A DNA stretch of 64,000 bases from Rubripirellula sp. (GTDB taxonomy: Bacteria; Planctomycetota; Planctomycetia; Pirellulales; Pirellulaceae), in NCBI GenBank assembly GCA_965216875.1, contig OZ244207.1:5696001-5760000 (forward strand). Reading direction: 5' to 3'. The stretch's first letter is position 1, and each line of letters begins with the position of its first letter. The notes below the pieces were generated by a model. It searched no databases. It saw nothing but the letters and a program-made list of their open reading frames with translations, and was not told the origin of the DNA. This document shows, one piece after another, positions 41,005 to 51,499 of this stretch. The position numbers and the translations under genes were made by a program.

Positions 41005-43758
41005 GTGAGCGAAATCGACCAGAGTCAGCTCGATGAAGTTGCCGAAGCTTTCTCGGAAGCGATGCGTCGTGGTGAAAACCCAAGCGTGGATGCATACGTC
41101 GCCCGCTATCCAGAACTCGCCGAATCGCTCCGCCCGCTACTGACCTCGATCGCACTGATCGAGGGAATCAAAGTGGACTCCAAACGCAGCGGACCCGTCG
41201 TTGCCGCTCATCAACTGCGCATCGAACAACTGGATGATTATCGAATCGTTCGTGAAATCGGGCGCGGCGGTATGGGCGTCGTCTTGGAAGCGATCGATCA
41301 ATCGTTGCACCGGCGCGTCGCGATCAAGGTCTTGCCCGAAAGTCTGGTAAGCGAGAAACGCCACGTCGACCGCTTTCGTCAAGAATCAAAAGCTGCCGCA
41401 CGTCTAAGACATCCAGGAATCGTCTCGGTCTTTGGTGTCGGCCAATCAGGGCCCTATCACTACTACGTGATGGACTACATCGACGGGATCAATCTTCGCC
41501 AATGGATCGACGGCATCACCCAATCATCGTCCGAGATGGTCCCCACCCGGGATGACGTCTATTCGGGAACGGATGGCGATTTGCGAATGGGCGACACATG
41601 GCCCTCGACAAGTGACAGCACGAAAACTGATTTCGATGTTCAATCCCTGCCGACATCGACCGATTCCCCTTCCTACTATCGCTGGGTCGCCAAACTTGGA
41701 TGCACCATCTGCGATGCACTTGATTACGCTCACCAACAACACACACTTCATCGCGACATCAAACCGGCGAACCTTCTTATTGACGCCGCCGGCAATGTCT
41801 CCATCACAGACTTTGGACTTGCCAAAGTTGCCGAGCACCAACGCGTTACTCAAACGGGCGACGTTGTCGGCACACCCCAATACATGCCGCCCGAGTCCTT
41901 CGAAGGCACCTACGATGTTCAAAGTGAAGTCTATGCAGTCGCGTTAACCCTGTACGAACTGCTGACGCTGCGTCCCGCCTTTTCCTCGAAATCCCCCGCC
42001 GAGCTGATTCGCAAGGCTTCGGAGGGCGTCAAGCAACCGCCGCGAAAGCTGAACGCGAACATTCCCGTCCAGCTCGAAACGATCGTGATGAAAGCGCTCG
42101 CGTTGGAACCATCCCAGCGTTACTCGACCGCTGCGAAATTGCGAGACGACCTGAACAACTTCCTGTGCGACCTGCCAATTGAAGCCAAGCGGACTGGCGT
42201 CGTTGGCCGAACCCTCTTGTGGACTCGTCGACAACCGGTGGTTGCGTCACTGACGCTGGCAACCTTTGCCTCGCTTCTGGCGCTTGCCGTGGTATCGGCA
42301 GCCGCCTATTTCCGGACCCGGTCGGCACTCAACAGCGCCCAGGAAGCGAGCACGACTGCTCTGAACGCATTGAAGCAGCGCGGCATTGCTCTCGAGGCTG
42401 CCGAAACACAGCGACAGCGAGCCGAAGCGAACCTTGCTGTCGCAGTCGAAGCCTTCGAAAAGATCCGCGAAGAGATCTGGCAACGCGGCATGATTCCCGA
42501 TGCGGACGTCGTGGGTGAGATCGCCGAGACCGCCTCCGCCGATGTCAGTCCGGCCGACGCCGAAATCTTGCAATCCCTGCTCGGATTCTTCGACAAACTT
42601 GCCGCCAGCAACAGCAGTGACCTTCGCGCCCAATCCGCTGCTGCAGGGCGCTACGCCGGAGACATCTATCAACGTTTGGGCCAGCTTGGCGAAGCGGATG
42701 CCGCCTACAACGACGCGGTCAAACGCTACCAAGCGATCGCCAACGAGAATCCGAGTGATACCGAATCGGTGATCACTCAAGCCCGGATTCTCAATGAACT
42801 GATCGTCACGTCCAGTGTGCAAGGACAAATCCCGCGAGCATCGTCTTATTTTGACAAGTCCGTTCGCGTACTGGAGGAATCCGACGCGGCGATGCAATCG
42901 GCTGATGGGCGTTACGAGTACGCCCGCGCCCACATCCTGTTTGCATCGAGCTTGTCACGAGCAGGTGTCGAAACCCCCATGCGTCGATTGCGCCCACTGG
43001 CAAATCCACCGGGGCGGCGGCGCAATCCCGCTGGCCAAAGCTTGCGTTCCACCGCCCGTTCAGGCGAAGAGATTGTCGCGATCGTCGAAGGCATCGACCA
43101 AATGACGAGCCTGGTTGAAGACTTTCCTGACGAAACTCGCTACGCCGTCGCACTTGCTGCAGCCTATCGCGATCGATCGAAGGTCGCTTTCCGTGCCGGC
43201 ATGCGAGCCGAATCCGACAAAGCGATCAAGACTTCGATCGATCAATTCGAATCCTTGCTCGATCAAGACCGTCGGTCGAAGACGATTCGCTACGAACTCG
43301 CCAAGACTCTTTCAAGCAGCGAAGCGCTCAGCTTCAATCAAATGTTTCGCCTACTGCGAGCCGACACACTCAGCAGTGATCTCCTCGAACACGATCCTTC
43401 GCAGCCGCGTTACCAAACCCTTCGTGCCCATGTGCTCGAGCGTTTGGCACACTATCGCGGTCGGCTGGGCGGAAAACCGGACGTCGCAGAAAAGAACTTG
43501 CTGGCCGCACTCGAGCTGCACGACCAACTCGTCAAGACGTCGCCCGATTCACCAACATTCCGCGTACAACGCGCCCAAGCGCTCGATGCACTTGCCGACC
43601 TGAAGATCAAGAGCGGCCAACGCGAAGCTGGTCTACGCTACCTCGAACAAGCGATTCGTGAACTACAGACCGCCTCTCGTGGCAAACATAACTCGCCCAT
43701 CATTCGCCAAAACCTACAGCGTCTCCGTCAGAAGCAATCACGGATCAGCAATCCGTAG
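41005..43758 (+). CDS. Ser/Thr protein kinase with TM segment and TPR-like C-terminus
   Basis: GRGGMG, VAIK, HRDIKPAN, DFG, GTPQYMPPE; all catalytic motifs intact. Confidence 0.93.
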   Translation: MSEIDQSQLDEVAEAFSEAMRRGENPSVDAYVARYPELAESLRPLLTSIALIEGIKVDSKRSGPVVAAHQLRIEQLDDYRIVREIGRGGMGVVLEAIDQSLHRRVAIKVLPESLVSEKRHVDRFRQESKAAARLRHPGIVSVFGVGQSGPYHYYVMDYIDGINLRQWIDGITQSSSEMVPTRDDVYSGTDGDLRMGDTWPSTSDSTKTDFDVQSLPTSTDSPSYYRWVAKLGCTICDALDYAHQQHTLHRDIKPANLLIDAAGNVSITDFGLAKVAEHQRVTQTGDVVGTPQYMPPESFEGTYDVQSEVYAVALTLYELLTLRPAFSSKSPAELIRKASEGVKQPPRKLNANIPVQLETIVMKALALEPSQRYSTAAKLRDDLNNFLCDLPIEAKRTGVVGRTLLWTRRQPVVASLTLATFASLLALAVVSAAAYFRTRSALNSAQEASTTALNALKQRGIALEAAETQRQRAEANLAVAVEAFEKIREEIWQRGMIPDADVVGEIAETASADVSPADAEILQSLLGFFDKLAASNSSDLRAQSAAAGRYAGDIYQRLGQLGEADAAYNDAVKRYQAIANENPSDTESVITQARILNELIVTSSVQGQIPRASSYFDKSVRVLEESDAAMQSADGRYEYARAHILFASSLSRAGVETPMRRLRPLANPPGRRRNPAGQSLRSTARSGEEIVAIVEGIDQMTSLVEDFPDETRYAVALAAAYRDRSKVAFRAGMRAESDKAIKTSIDQFESLLDQDRRSKTIRYELAKTLSSSEALSFNQMFRLLRADTLSSDLLEHDPSQPRYQTLRAHVLERLAHYRGRLGGKPDVAEKNLLAALELHDQLVKTSPDSPTFRVQRAQALDALADLKIKSGQREAGLRYLEQAIRELQTASRGKHNSPIIRQNLQRLRQKQSRISNP

Positions 43759-43761
43759 GAC

Positions 43762-43856
43762 TTGGGAGGGCGACGCTCCCGACGCACGGGCTGCGACGCG
43801 CTTGATCTGGGAGGGCAACGCTCTTGATTTGGGAGGGCGACGCTCCCGCGGAGCCA
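43762..43856 (+). repeat. three TGGGAGGGCRACGCTC repeats after the kinase gene
   Basis: Copies near 43763, 43808 and 43830; related element near 40164-40190. Confidence 0.7.
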
Positions 43857-43915
43857 CACGCACGGATCGGCAGACGCCGCATCCTCCCTAGAGGATTTGT
43901 CATGCACAGCATGAC

Positions 43916-45763
43916 CTACCTTTGAACCTTCACAGGTTCCGACTGAACGTGCTGCAGATTCTGTTGAAACTCTTTGCCAATAAACGCGGCGAACTGAACG
44001 GTATCGGTTGCAATGTCCGCAGGGATGTCGAACGACACGGTCGCTTTCCCCGAACGTGAAACGGTCACCGCCTTGCGTTCGATACGACGACCGTTTCCAT
44101 CCTTGAGTGTGACCTGCAACATTTGCTCCCCCAGCTCTTGAGGAAGTTTGTGCGGCACCACGACATCGCAGGTCTGCCCCGCTTTCACCGCGTCGGGCAA
44201 TCGCAGCCGGATGGCATTGCGGAGTCTTTTCGTTTTTGGATTCGCTTGATTCTTTTGCTTTTGACGAGCCGCCTTTGCTGCTTTGGTCCGCTCGTCCTCG
44301 ACAGCCATGTAGACGTTGCGAATCTCGCTGTTTTCCACCTTTGCCAACACGGGCGCGACCGGATCGCCAAACGCCTGCAAAGTCTCCGCGAGTTGCTCGC
44401 GCATTGAGACGAGCGTCTTTTGGTGGTCGGTGTGACCCGCGAGGTTTTGCAGACAATCGGGGTCGTCGTCCACTCGGTAAAACTCTTCCAGCACGCGGTG
44501 GTCAAAAAGCTCTAATCGCGTCGCGATGTCGACTTCGCCCGGTGCGCGTTTGACCATCTGGCGGTAGGTCATCGTGCCAGTGGTTGCCGTGGCGAATTTG
44601 CGTTGGCCATCACTCCACGGATTGAACAGGTAAAGGTACTCGCGGGTTTGAATACCACGCATAGGGTGACGTGAACGCCCCGAGTTTTCGTTGTACTGCA
44701 GGATCACAAAGTCACGATCTTTTTGACGTTGGCCGCCCAGGATCGGCGCAAAGGAACGGCCGTGCAGCCGCTTGGGGTTTGGATGCTTGTGCTGCATCAC
44801 TTCCAAGATCGTTGGCAAAAAGTCGATTGCCGACACCATGTGATGCTCGTCGATCGCTCCCGCTTTCGTCACACCTGGCCATCGGACCATCAACGGTGTG
44901 TGCGTGCTATGGTGGTACAACTGCGTCTTCGCAAACGGCAGCGGCATACCATGATCGGATAGAAAGAGAACGAAAGTCTCATCAGCCTTGCCTGACTCAT
45001 CCAGTGCCGCCATCACTTCCGCGAAACAATCGTCCGCACGCCGCACGGATGAATAGTAGTGGGCCAACTCTTTTCGGATCACTTCATCGCTGGGCAGGAA
45101 TCCAGGCACAGGAACTTCCTCGGCGGTGAAGATACGACTGGGAACGTGTTTGTCTTCAACCGTTGTGCCTCCCTTGCCTTGTGCATAAAAGGGTTTGTGC
45201 GGGTCAGAAATATTGACCATCAAGCAAAACGGTTTCCCCGCTTCGGCGGCCAACGCAATGCCCTGTCGCGTCGACGCGCCGTAGCTCGCTGCGTCTTTGA
45301 TGTGGTGTTTGTTCCCTGCGTCGTCTTCATCAAGAACAGCATCCCACGCATAGGGATGAAAGGGAGTCGAATGCGTTACTTTGCCTCGAATGGCTGCGAA
45401 GTAACCCGCGTCTTTTGCTAGATCACAGAGCACGGGATAGTCAGGATTCTTGTTTTGCACGAACCCTTCAACACCATTGACATGCGAAAACATCCCCGAC
45501 CACATGATGTTGCGACCCGGCATACAGTTGCCGACCTGGACATGAGCATGTTTGAATCGCAATGACTGTTTTGCAAAGGCATCAATGTTCGGCGAAGTCT
45601 CTTTGAGTTTGCAACCAAATGCGCCGAGAGAATCGGCGCTCATGTCATCAACCGTGATGATCAAAACATTGGGAGGCCCGTCGGCGGACGAGTCCGCCGC
45701 GACCAACAAGCAAGAAAGTGCGGCGAACGCGCAGGCAAGTGCAAGCTTCGAAATCAGTCGCAT
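43916..45763 (-). CDS. sulfatase (sulfamidase-like) with C-terminal extra domain
   Basis: Signal peptide; PNVLIITVDD, CMPGR (CxPxR), DPHKPF, SDHG. Confidence 0.92.
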   Translation of the reverse strand: MRLISKLALACAFAALSCLLVAADSSADGPPNVLIITVDDMSADSLGAFGCKLKETSPNIDAFAKQSLRFKHAHVQVGNCMPGRNIMWSGMFSHVNGVEGFVQNKNPDYPVLCDLAKDAGYFAAIRGKVTHSTPFHPYAWDAVLDEDDAGNKHHIKDAASYGASTRQGIALAAEAGKPFCLMVNISDPHKPFYAQGKGGTTVEDKHVPSRIFTAEEVPVPGFLPSDEVIRKELAHYYSSVRRADDCFAEVMAALDESGKADETFVLFLSDHGMPLPFAKTQLYHHSTHTPLMVRWPGVTKAGAIDEHHMVSAIDFLPTILEVMQHKHPNPKRLHGRSFAPILGGQRQKDRDFVILQYNENSGRSRHPMRGIQTREYLYLFNPWSDGQRKFATATTGTMTYRQMVKRAPGEVDIATRLELFDHRVLEEFYRVDDDPDCLQNLAGHTDHQKTLVSMREQLAETLQAFGDPVAPVLAKVENSEIRNVYMAVEDERTKAAKAARQKQKNQANPKTKRLRNAIRLRLPDAVKAGQTCDVVVPHKLPQELGEQMLQVTLKDGNGRRIERKAVTVSRSGKATVSFDIPADIATDTVQFAAFIGKEFQQNLQHVQSEPVKVQR

Positions 45764-45928
45764 CGTGGTGGTGGCTCATCGTGCGGAGGGAGATGTGGGT
45801 GGGGCCAGCCGAAACTGGGCAAGCCCTGTATTGTAAACCAACCACCATCGCAACTTACGATGAGTTACGATTGTTATTCGACAGATTCACTTCCCCGCCC
45901 TCCCCTTCCCTCCACAACGCGTGCCAAC

Positions 45929-46948
45929 ATGAAGCCGACTCACGATTCCAACTCGCGTTCACCGATCGACCGCCGCCAACTTCTCAGTTATGCCGCATTT
46001 GGCAGTGCGGCGATCGCTGCGTCGGCCTCTGGAAACCAAACCCTTGCTGCCGCCCATCCTGAGCCGACGCCGCGCAAGTACAAGATGAAGAAATCGATCA
46101 ACCTCTGGGCGTTCCCCTATCCCGACAAGATGTCGCTCGAGCAGTGCCTTCGGCTCGCCAAGGATGCGGGTTTTGATGGAATCGAACTGAACTATGATCT
46201 CGACAGCGACCTTTCGCCCAAATCAGGAACCAAAGAGTTCCATGCGATCCGCGACATGGCGGAAAAGATCGGTATCGAAATCAGCGGCCTCTGCTCGTTT
46301 CTGTTTTGGCCCTACCCGCTTACAAGTAACGACCCAGCGGAGCGTGCCCGCGGCATGGAACTGGCCACCAAAATGACGCACGCCGCGCACGACCTCGGAA
46401 CAAAGAACCTACTCGTCGTGCCAGGTGCCGTGCACATGCCATGGCGCGAAGACCACGACCCAACGCCAAACGACGTTTGCGACCGCCGGGCGCGTGAAGC
46501 GATCGGCAAGCTGCTTCCAACAGCAGAAAAGCTGAAGGTATCGATGAACATGGAAAACATCTTCTTCAATGGATTTCTTTTGTCGCCGATGGAGATGGTC
46601 GATTTTGTCGACAGTTTCTCGAGCGAGTACGTGAACGTTCATTTCGACACGGGCAACATCATGGAATACCAATTCCCAGAGCATTGGATTCCGATTCTTG
46701 GGAAGCGAATTCGCAACGTCCACTTGAAGGAGTTCACCAAAAAAGGAACGGACCATTCACTCGAAGCCTTTCGGCCGCTCCTGGACGGAACGACCAATTG
46801 GCCCGCCGTCCTCGAAGCCTTTGACGGCATCGGCTATGACGGATACCTCACGTTCGAGTACTTCCATCCCTACCAGCACTTCCCCGAAGCACTGGTCTAC
46901 CAAACCGCCGACTCGCTCGACCGTATGCTCGGCATCAAGACGGCATAA
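45929..46948 (+). CDS. Tat-exported sugar phosphate isomerase/epimerase (xylose-isomerase-like TIM barrel)
   Basis: DRRQLL signal; GFDGIEL, MENIF, FDTGN, VHLKE, LTFE. Confidence 0.88.
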   Translation: MKPTHDSNSRSPIDRRQLLSYAAFGSAAIAASASGNQTLAAAHPEPTPRKYKMKKSINLWAFPYPDKMSLEQCLRLAKDAGFDGIELNYDLDSDLSPKSGTKEFHAIRDMAEKIGIEISGLCSFLFWPYPLTSNDPAERARGMELATKMTHAAHDLGTKNLLVVPGAVHMPWREDHDPTPNDVCDRRAREAIGKLLPTAEKLKVSMNMENIFFNGFLLSPMEMVDFVDSFSSEYVNVHFDTGNIMEYQFPEHWIPILGKRIRNVHLKEFTKKGTDHSLEAFRPLLDGTTNWPAVLEAFDGIGYDGYLTFEYFHPYQHFPEALVYQTADSLDRMLGIKTA

Positions 46949-47019
46949 GCACGTTACGCCAACGCATTTTTGGTCGCCTATCCCTGTGTTGTCGCCTTGG
47001 TGGTCTGTCCCCGTGCTAG

Positions 47020-47262
47020 TTGCTCTTAGGCCGGAGGCCGGCATATTTCTGCCGGTGGCGTGAGCCACCGGACTACAAGCAAACCAGATCTCAGCCCAGA
47101 GGGCGACAGATTCGAATTGCGTCGCCCTCCCATTGAACATGGGGGACAAAGCACTCTGGTTTCGGACTAAAGAATGCAGACACTAGGTCTTTACGACCCC
47201 CGTCCCCTTTTCTTCCCAGCAGCTTTGCTATCTGCGTCTATCAGTGTTCATCTGCGGTTCGA
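47020..47262. repeat. cluster of palindromic repeat remnants
   Basis: gccggtggcgtgagccaccggactac (GTAG-footed on -), gagggcgac...gtcgccctc, ggggac...gtcccc, tctgcgtctatcagtgttcatctgcggtt. Confidence 0.5.
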
Positions 47263-47335
47263 CGACCTTCACTCTCTACCCCAAAGACACAAGCCCTCTC
47301 AAAAGACTGAACGGCCGATGCCGATATGATCGCTC

Positions 47336-47590
47336 TTAAAGCAGTTCGACATCGCGTTTTGATTTCCGGGATCCGATCCGTACCGAATCCCACGCGGCTA
47401 CCACGGGGATCGAGGTTCCTGCGAACTCGCGAATGTACCGCCCCCGCTGCGCCGCTCGCGTGCTGGCCGGTGGAACTCGCATCGCCGATTCGACTTCCTC
47501 ATCAGTCACAATCCGCTGCACGATCCAAGTTTCGGCTAAACGATTGAAGTACCCTCGCGGCGAAAGTTCGTGGTACTTCAAGTCGATCAT
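47336..47590 (-). pseudogene. C-terminal fragment of a Pup ligase/deamidase (PafA/Dop) family protein
   Basis: IDLKYHELSPRGYF..L....VTDEEVESAM..PP.STRA..RG..IR.F....AAWDSV resembles the Dop/PafA C-terminus; in-frame TGA immediately upstream. Confidence 0.65.
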
Positions 47591-47886
47591 TCATGAACGA
47601 ACTTGTCGTTTTTTGATTGGGTAGTCAACATCGACACTCTCCGAAAAGGAATGCAGCCAATGGGCTGCAAATAAGTCTTTGGAAACAACGGCAATCGGGT
47701 GATTGCGCAGAAGCCAAATGGAACCGTCATTATAGAATGTCGCACTCGACTGGACAAATTTCGCAAAGAAACGTTTTCGGTAGCCGCAAGACAAATCGCA
47801 GATGACCGGTGAGGCAAAAGTCTGTGTCTTTTGCTTCTCACCGTTTCCATGAGGCTTCTCGGTGCTCGATGAGGTGTTGAAATCAC

Positions 47887-49671
47887 ATGCCCGATCCACT
47901 CGACGATCTAAAACGCAGCATCGAATCAGATGACAACGCTGCAATTGAAACACGATTAAGTGACCATCGTGAACTATGCGAGCGGCTCAACGAAGGCATC
48001 TTTCCCTATGGCATGCCGGCGATGGCGGCGGCGCAAAGCGTTGAAGTTGTTCAAACGCTGAAGCGTTTTGGGGCGACCTACGCGACGGTCGAGTCTTGGT
48101 GGAAACCTGGTTTCGCCGTCCGCAAGATGAAACCCGAAGTCGGGCGTTTCATTGCGGACCAAGGCGCTGAACTTTCACCCCATGCCGCGTCTGCCCTGGG
48201 GTTCGTCGATTCTCTCGCCGCGATGATCGACAACGATCCTCAAGTCGTTGATGCAAAAGGGGGTGACGATGCGACACCGTTGCACTTCGCTCGTGACATC
48301 GCGACAGCCAAGTTGCTCGTTGAGCGCGGTGCAAAACTCGATGCGCGAGACGGCGACCATGATTCGACGCCCACGCAGTGGTTGATCGGCGACGCACCGG
48401 AAGTCGCTAAGTTTCTGATTCAGCAAGGTGCCAAGCCTGACATCTTTGTCGCCGCGGCACTTGGCGATCAGTCACTGGTTGAGCGTGTCATCGCCGATGA
48501 ACCCGATTGCTTGAGCCTACGGATCGGCAAGAGCCCCGTTCACCCGATCGGATACAACGATCTTGGCGGAACGATTCTGCAATGGACCCTCGGTTTCAAC
48601 AGCTATGCCCATCAGATTGCTGCGAAGAAGGGGCATCGCCAATTGTTCGAGTGGATGTTCGAACGAAGTGACACGACGACGAAATTCCTTGTCGCCTGTT
48701 TGATGTCGATGCGAGACGACGCGGAAACGATGGCCAGAGAAAACCCGAACCTCGTTGAATCGCTTGAAGATGTCGACAAAGAACTGCTAGCCCGCTACTG
48801 CTGGGAAACCAATGTCGACATAAGCGCCGTCACCCTGATGCTCGACCTCGGGTTTCCGATCAACCACCCCGAAACGAGTCACGCGTACGCACCGCTGCAC
48901 AATGCCGCGTGGGGCGGCTATGGCGATCTGGTTGACCTCTTGATCGCGCGCGGCGCATCGCTGGATTTGAAAGATCCGACATTCGGCAGCACACCACTCG
49001 GGTTCGCGATTTATTGCTGTGTCGAAGATGGTCGTCACCCCGACGGTGAATATGGCCGCGTCGTGTCGGCACTCCTTGAGGCTGGATCCCCTTGGGACGT
49101 CGCCGACTATCCAACCGGCTCACAAGAGATCGATGATGTGTTGCGCCCGCGGCTTCGCGATTCATTGTCTGGCCTCGCTGCGTTGGGAGACCTTGAAGGG
49201 GTGCGGCAGTGGGTCGGCAGCAAAGCACCGGCGGCATCGGAGCTGACCCTGGCCCTTGTCTGCGCCGCCAAGGCGGGACAAACCGAGTTATGCGGTTACT
49301 TGCTTGATGCCGGAGCCGAGCAAGTTAAACCAGACGAACATTACTGGGCGCCCCTGCATGCCGCTGTCGCAGGCCACTCCACCGAGACGGTCGAACTGTT
49401 GCTACAACGCGGCGCCGACACGTCGGCGCTCAATAGCCGTGGCGGGACAGCATGGCACACACTCGGCGGCATGGGCTGTGACGACGAAATGATCGATCTG
49501 CTTGCCAAGCACGACGGTTTTGAACGCCTCAATCAAGAAAGTCATCACGGCCTGACCGCGCTTGATGTCGCCTATTTCTGCGGCAAAGAAGAAACCGCCC
49601 GGCGACTGGAGCGTCGCGGAGCGGTCGCAAGAGAGTACGGGCCAAACCCGACCAAACGACAAGGCGACTAG
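47887..49671 (+). CDS. ankyrin repeat protein
   Basis: TPLHFA, APLHNAAWGG, TPLGFA, APLHAAV, TALDVA repeats; GAGG RBS. Confidence 0.9.
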   Translation: MPDPLDDLKRSIESDDNAAIETRLSDHRELCERLNEGIFPYGMPAMAAAQSVEVVQTLKRFGATYATVESWWKPGFAVRKMKPEVGRFIADQGAELSPHAASALGFVDSLAAMIDNDPQVVDAKGGDDATPLHFARDIATAKLLVERGAKLDARDGDHDSTPTQWLIGDAPEVAKFLIQQGAKPDIFVAAALGDQSLVERVIADEPDCLSLRIGKSPVHPIGYNDLGGTILQWTLGFNSYAHQIAAKKGHRQLFEWMFERSDTTTKFLVACLMSMRDDAETMARENPNLVESLEDVDKELLARYCWETNVDISAVTLMLDLGFPINHPETSHAYAPLHNAAWGGYGDLVDLLIARGASLDLKDPTFGSTPLGFAIYCCVEDGRHPDGEYGRVVSALLEAGSPWDVADYPTGSQEIDDVLRPRLRDSLSGLAALGDLEGVRQWVGSKAPAASELTLALVCAAKAGQTELCGYLLDAGAEQVKPDEHYWAPLHAAVAGHSTETVELLLQRGADTSALNSRGGTAWHTLGGMGCDDEMIDLLAKHDGFERLNQESHHGLTALDVAYFCGKEETARRLERRGAVAREYGPNPTKRQGD

Positions 49672-49683
49672 AACCGAACCGCT

Positions 49684-51282
49684 TTAGTCTTCGTCGCGGT
49701 CACGACGTCGATCTTCGCGATCGCCATCGTCGTGGTCGTGATCGTCGTGCCTTTCTTCGTCATGATCCTCATCATGATGGCCTTCGTGATCATGATCGTG
49801 GTGATCACGGAAGAGATGCTCTTCTTCGTCGTGATCGTGGTGTGCATGGCGGTCGTGCCGCATTTCGCTTCGCAGTTCGGCAACCTCAAGACGAAGTTCT
49901 AAGATCATGCGGTACAGGATCGCTTCGCGTTCTGTGCGTGGTCGAAAACGGACCTCGGCGCGTTCCAGATCGCTTTCCTCATCAAAATCGTGATCGGCCC
50001 GCTCGTCATGTTCCCGCCGCTCGTCTCGTTCTCGGCGTTCTTCGTGTTCTCGGCGTTCATCAAGAACTGCTTCACGACGTTCATCATGGAGCTCTCGAAG
50101 CCGTTGGTGCTCTCGTTCGATCCGTCGCTCGTGTTCGACCTGGCGTTGATGCGCGTTCCGGACTTCGAGTTCGCGTCGCATCAGTTCGCGTTCGCGGTTG
50201 CGTCGCTCGTGCTCAAATTCTTCTTCGATGTCGCGGTCCCGAGTCGCATCGCGATCACGTATCGCATCGCGATCGTGGGCTTCATCGCGATCTCGTCGTT
50301 TTCGGAGTTCACCTTCGTCGTCATCGTCGAAAGCGGCGACGAGCGTCGCGCCACCGGAATCATCCTGGGACGCGGTGATTTGCAACAGCGACCGATCACC
50401 TCCGCCGTCGGCAGAAGAGACGGGGATGCTTCCCACTCCGAAAAGCAGCAGGCAAGCGGCGATCGAGCCGAGAAGCGGTTTGACGATAACGATTGGCATG
50501 AGACTGAGACTCCCGTTGGCAAGTTGAAGCGCGTTGCCGGTCACGTAGCCTGCGGCCGGTTGCCCGACAGCAAACTGAGTCCCAGCTTGCACAGTGGATG
50601 CAACCAGCGATGGAGCGACCGCCGCTCCCGCCGTTTGCTGAGATTGCAACCACAACGCCAACGCAACCGACAGCGAGACGCCACGCAGTGACAATCGTTG
50701 CCGGAGCATTGCTCGCCCACGTTCAAGCCGCCCTTTGAGCGAACCCAGCGACCAACCAAGTTGTTCGGCCGCTTCGTCGCGACTCTTGCCTTCAATGCAA
50801 CAAAGAAACAAAGGCAAACGAAACTTGCTCGGTAGTCGATTCAGTTCTTCGTCGAGAACCGTGCGTTGGTGTTCCGCCGTGATTTGCACCAGAGCGGGAT
50901 GACTTTCCAACATCACATCTTCCTCGAACTCTTGCTCACGTCGTTGTAGGCGTCCCGATCGCGCTCGCAGCGCAATGCGAAGTGCCGTGGTATGCAACCA
51001 TGCTGGTAAGGTCGCGGCATTTCGAATGGAGGACGCCTTGCGAGAAAGAACGAGGAACGTCGCTTGAAACGCGTCCTCGGCTTCCTGCTGGTCGTTCAGC
51101 ACTCGTTTGCACACGCCCATCACCAACGATCCATGCCGCTCGACCAAGCCCGCAAAGGCCAGATCGTCGCGACTGGAAACAAAACGACAGAGCAATTCGT
51201 CGTCCGACGCATCGGCCGCACTCCAACCGCCGCGCTGATTCGGCCCACTCGTTGGCCCAACAGTCGTCGATTTTTGCGGCAT
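49684..51282 (-). CDS. ECF sigma factor with TM-anchored C-terminal extension and His/Asp-rich tail
   Basis: SDDELL.RF..RD..AF..LVERHG..V.GVC.RVL, EAEDAFQATF, LGSLKGRLERGR; hydrophobic segment; E/R-rich coil; HDH repeats. Confidence 0.9.
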   Translation of the reverse strand: MPQKSTTVGPTSGPNQRGGWSAADASDDELLCRFVSSRDDLAFAGLVERHGSLVMGVCKRVLNDQQEAEDAFQATFLVLSRKASSIRNAATLPAWLHTTALRIALRARSGRLQRREQEFEEDVMLESHPALVQITAEHQRTVLDEELNRLPSKFRLPLFLCCIEGKSRDEAAEQLGWSLGSLKGRLERGRAMLRQRLSLRGVSLSVALALWLQSQQTAGAAVAPSLVASTVQAGTQFAVGQPAAGYVTGNALQLANGSLSLMPIVIVKPLLGSIAACLLLFGVGSIPVSSADGGGDRSLLQITASQDDSGGATLVAAFDDDDEGELRKRRDRDEAHDRDAIRDRDATRDRDIEEEFEHERRNRERELMRRELEVRNAHQRQVEHERRIEREHQRLRELHDERREAVLDERREHEERRERDERREHDERADHDFDEESDLERAEVRFRPRTEREAILYRMILELRLEVAELRSEMRHDRHAHHDHDEEEHLFRDHHDHDHEGHHDEDHDEERHDDHDHDDGDREDRRRDRDED

Positions 51283-51409
51283 CAGTCACCTCGAAAAGAA
51301 AATGTGCTCCTGTCACTATAAAAGAGACACGGGGCAAAGCGACGGCACGGAATTTCCCAAAATGGATTTGTTTTATTAGCTGACCGAACAAGCTTTCAGA
51401 CTGACACCC

Positions 51410-51469
51410 GTAGCTACCTTCGCCAGAAGGTGGTCCGCGATGCTCCCACGCTCTGGCGAGCGTAGCTAC
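51410..51469. repeat. REP family C inverted doublet
   Basis: GTAGCTACCTTCGCCAGAAGGTGG...CCACGCTCTGGCGAGCGTAGCTAC. Confidence 0.85.
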
Positions 51470-51499
51470 GAAGGGCAGCGGATTTCGGGCTAGATTTCA

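Noticed and set aside
47591..47953. In-frame ORF upstream of the Dop/PafA fragment as the rest of a read-through gene
   Set aside because: Translation shows no Pup-ligase motifs and overlaps the start of the ankyrin gene
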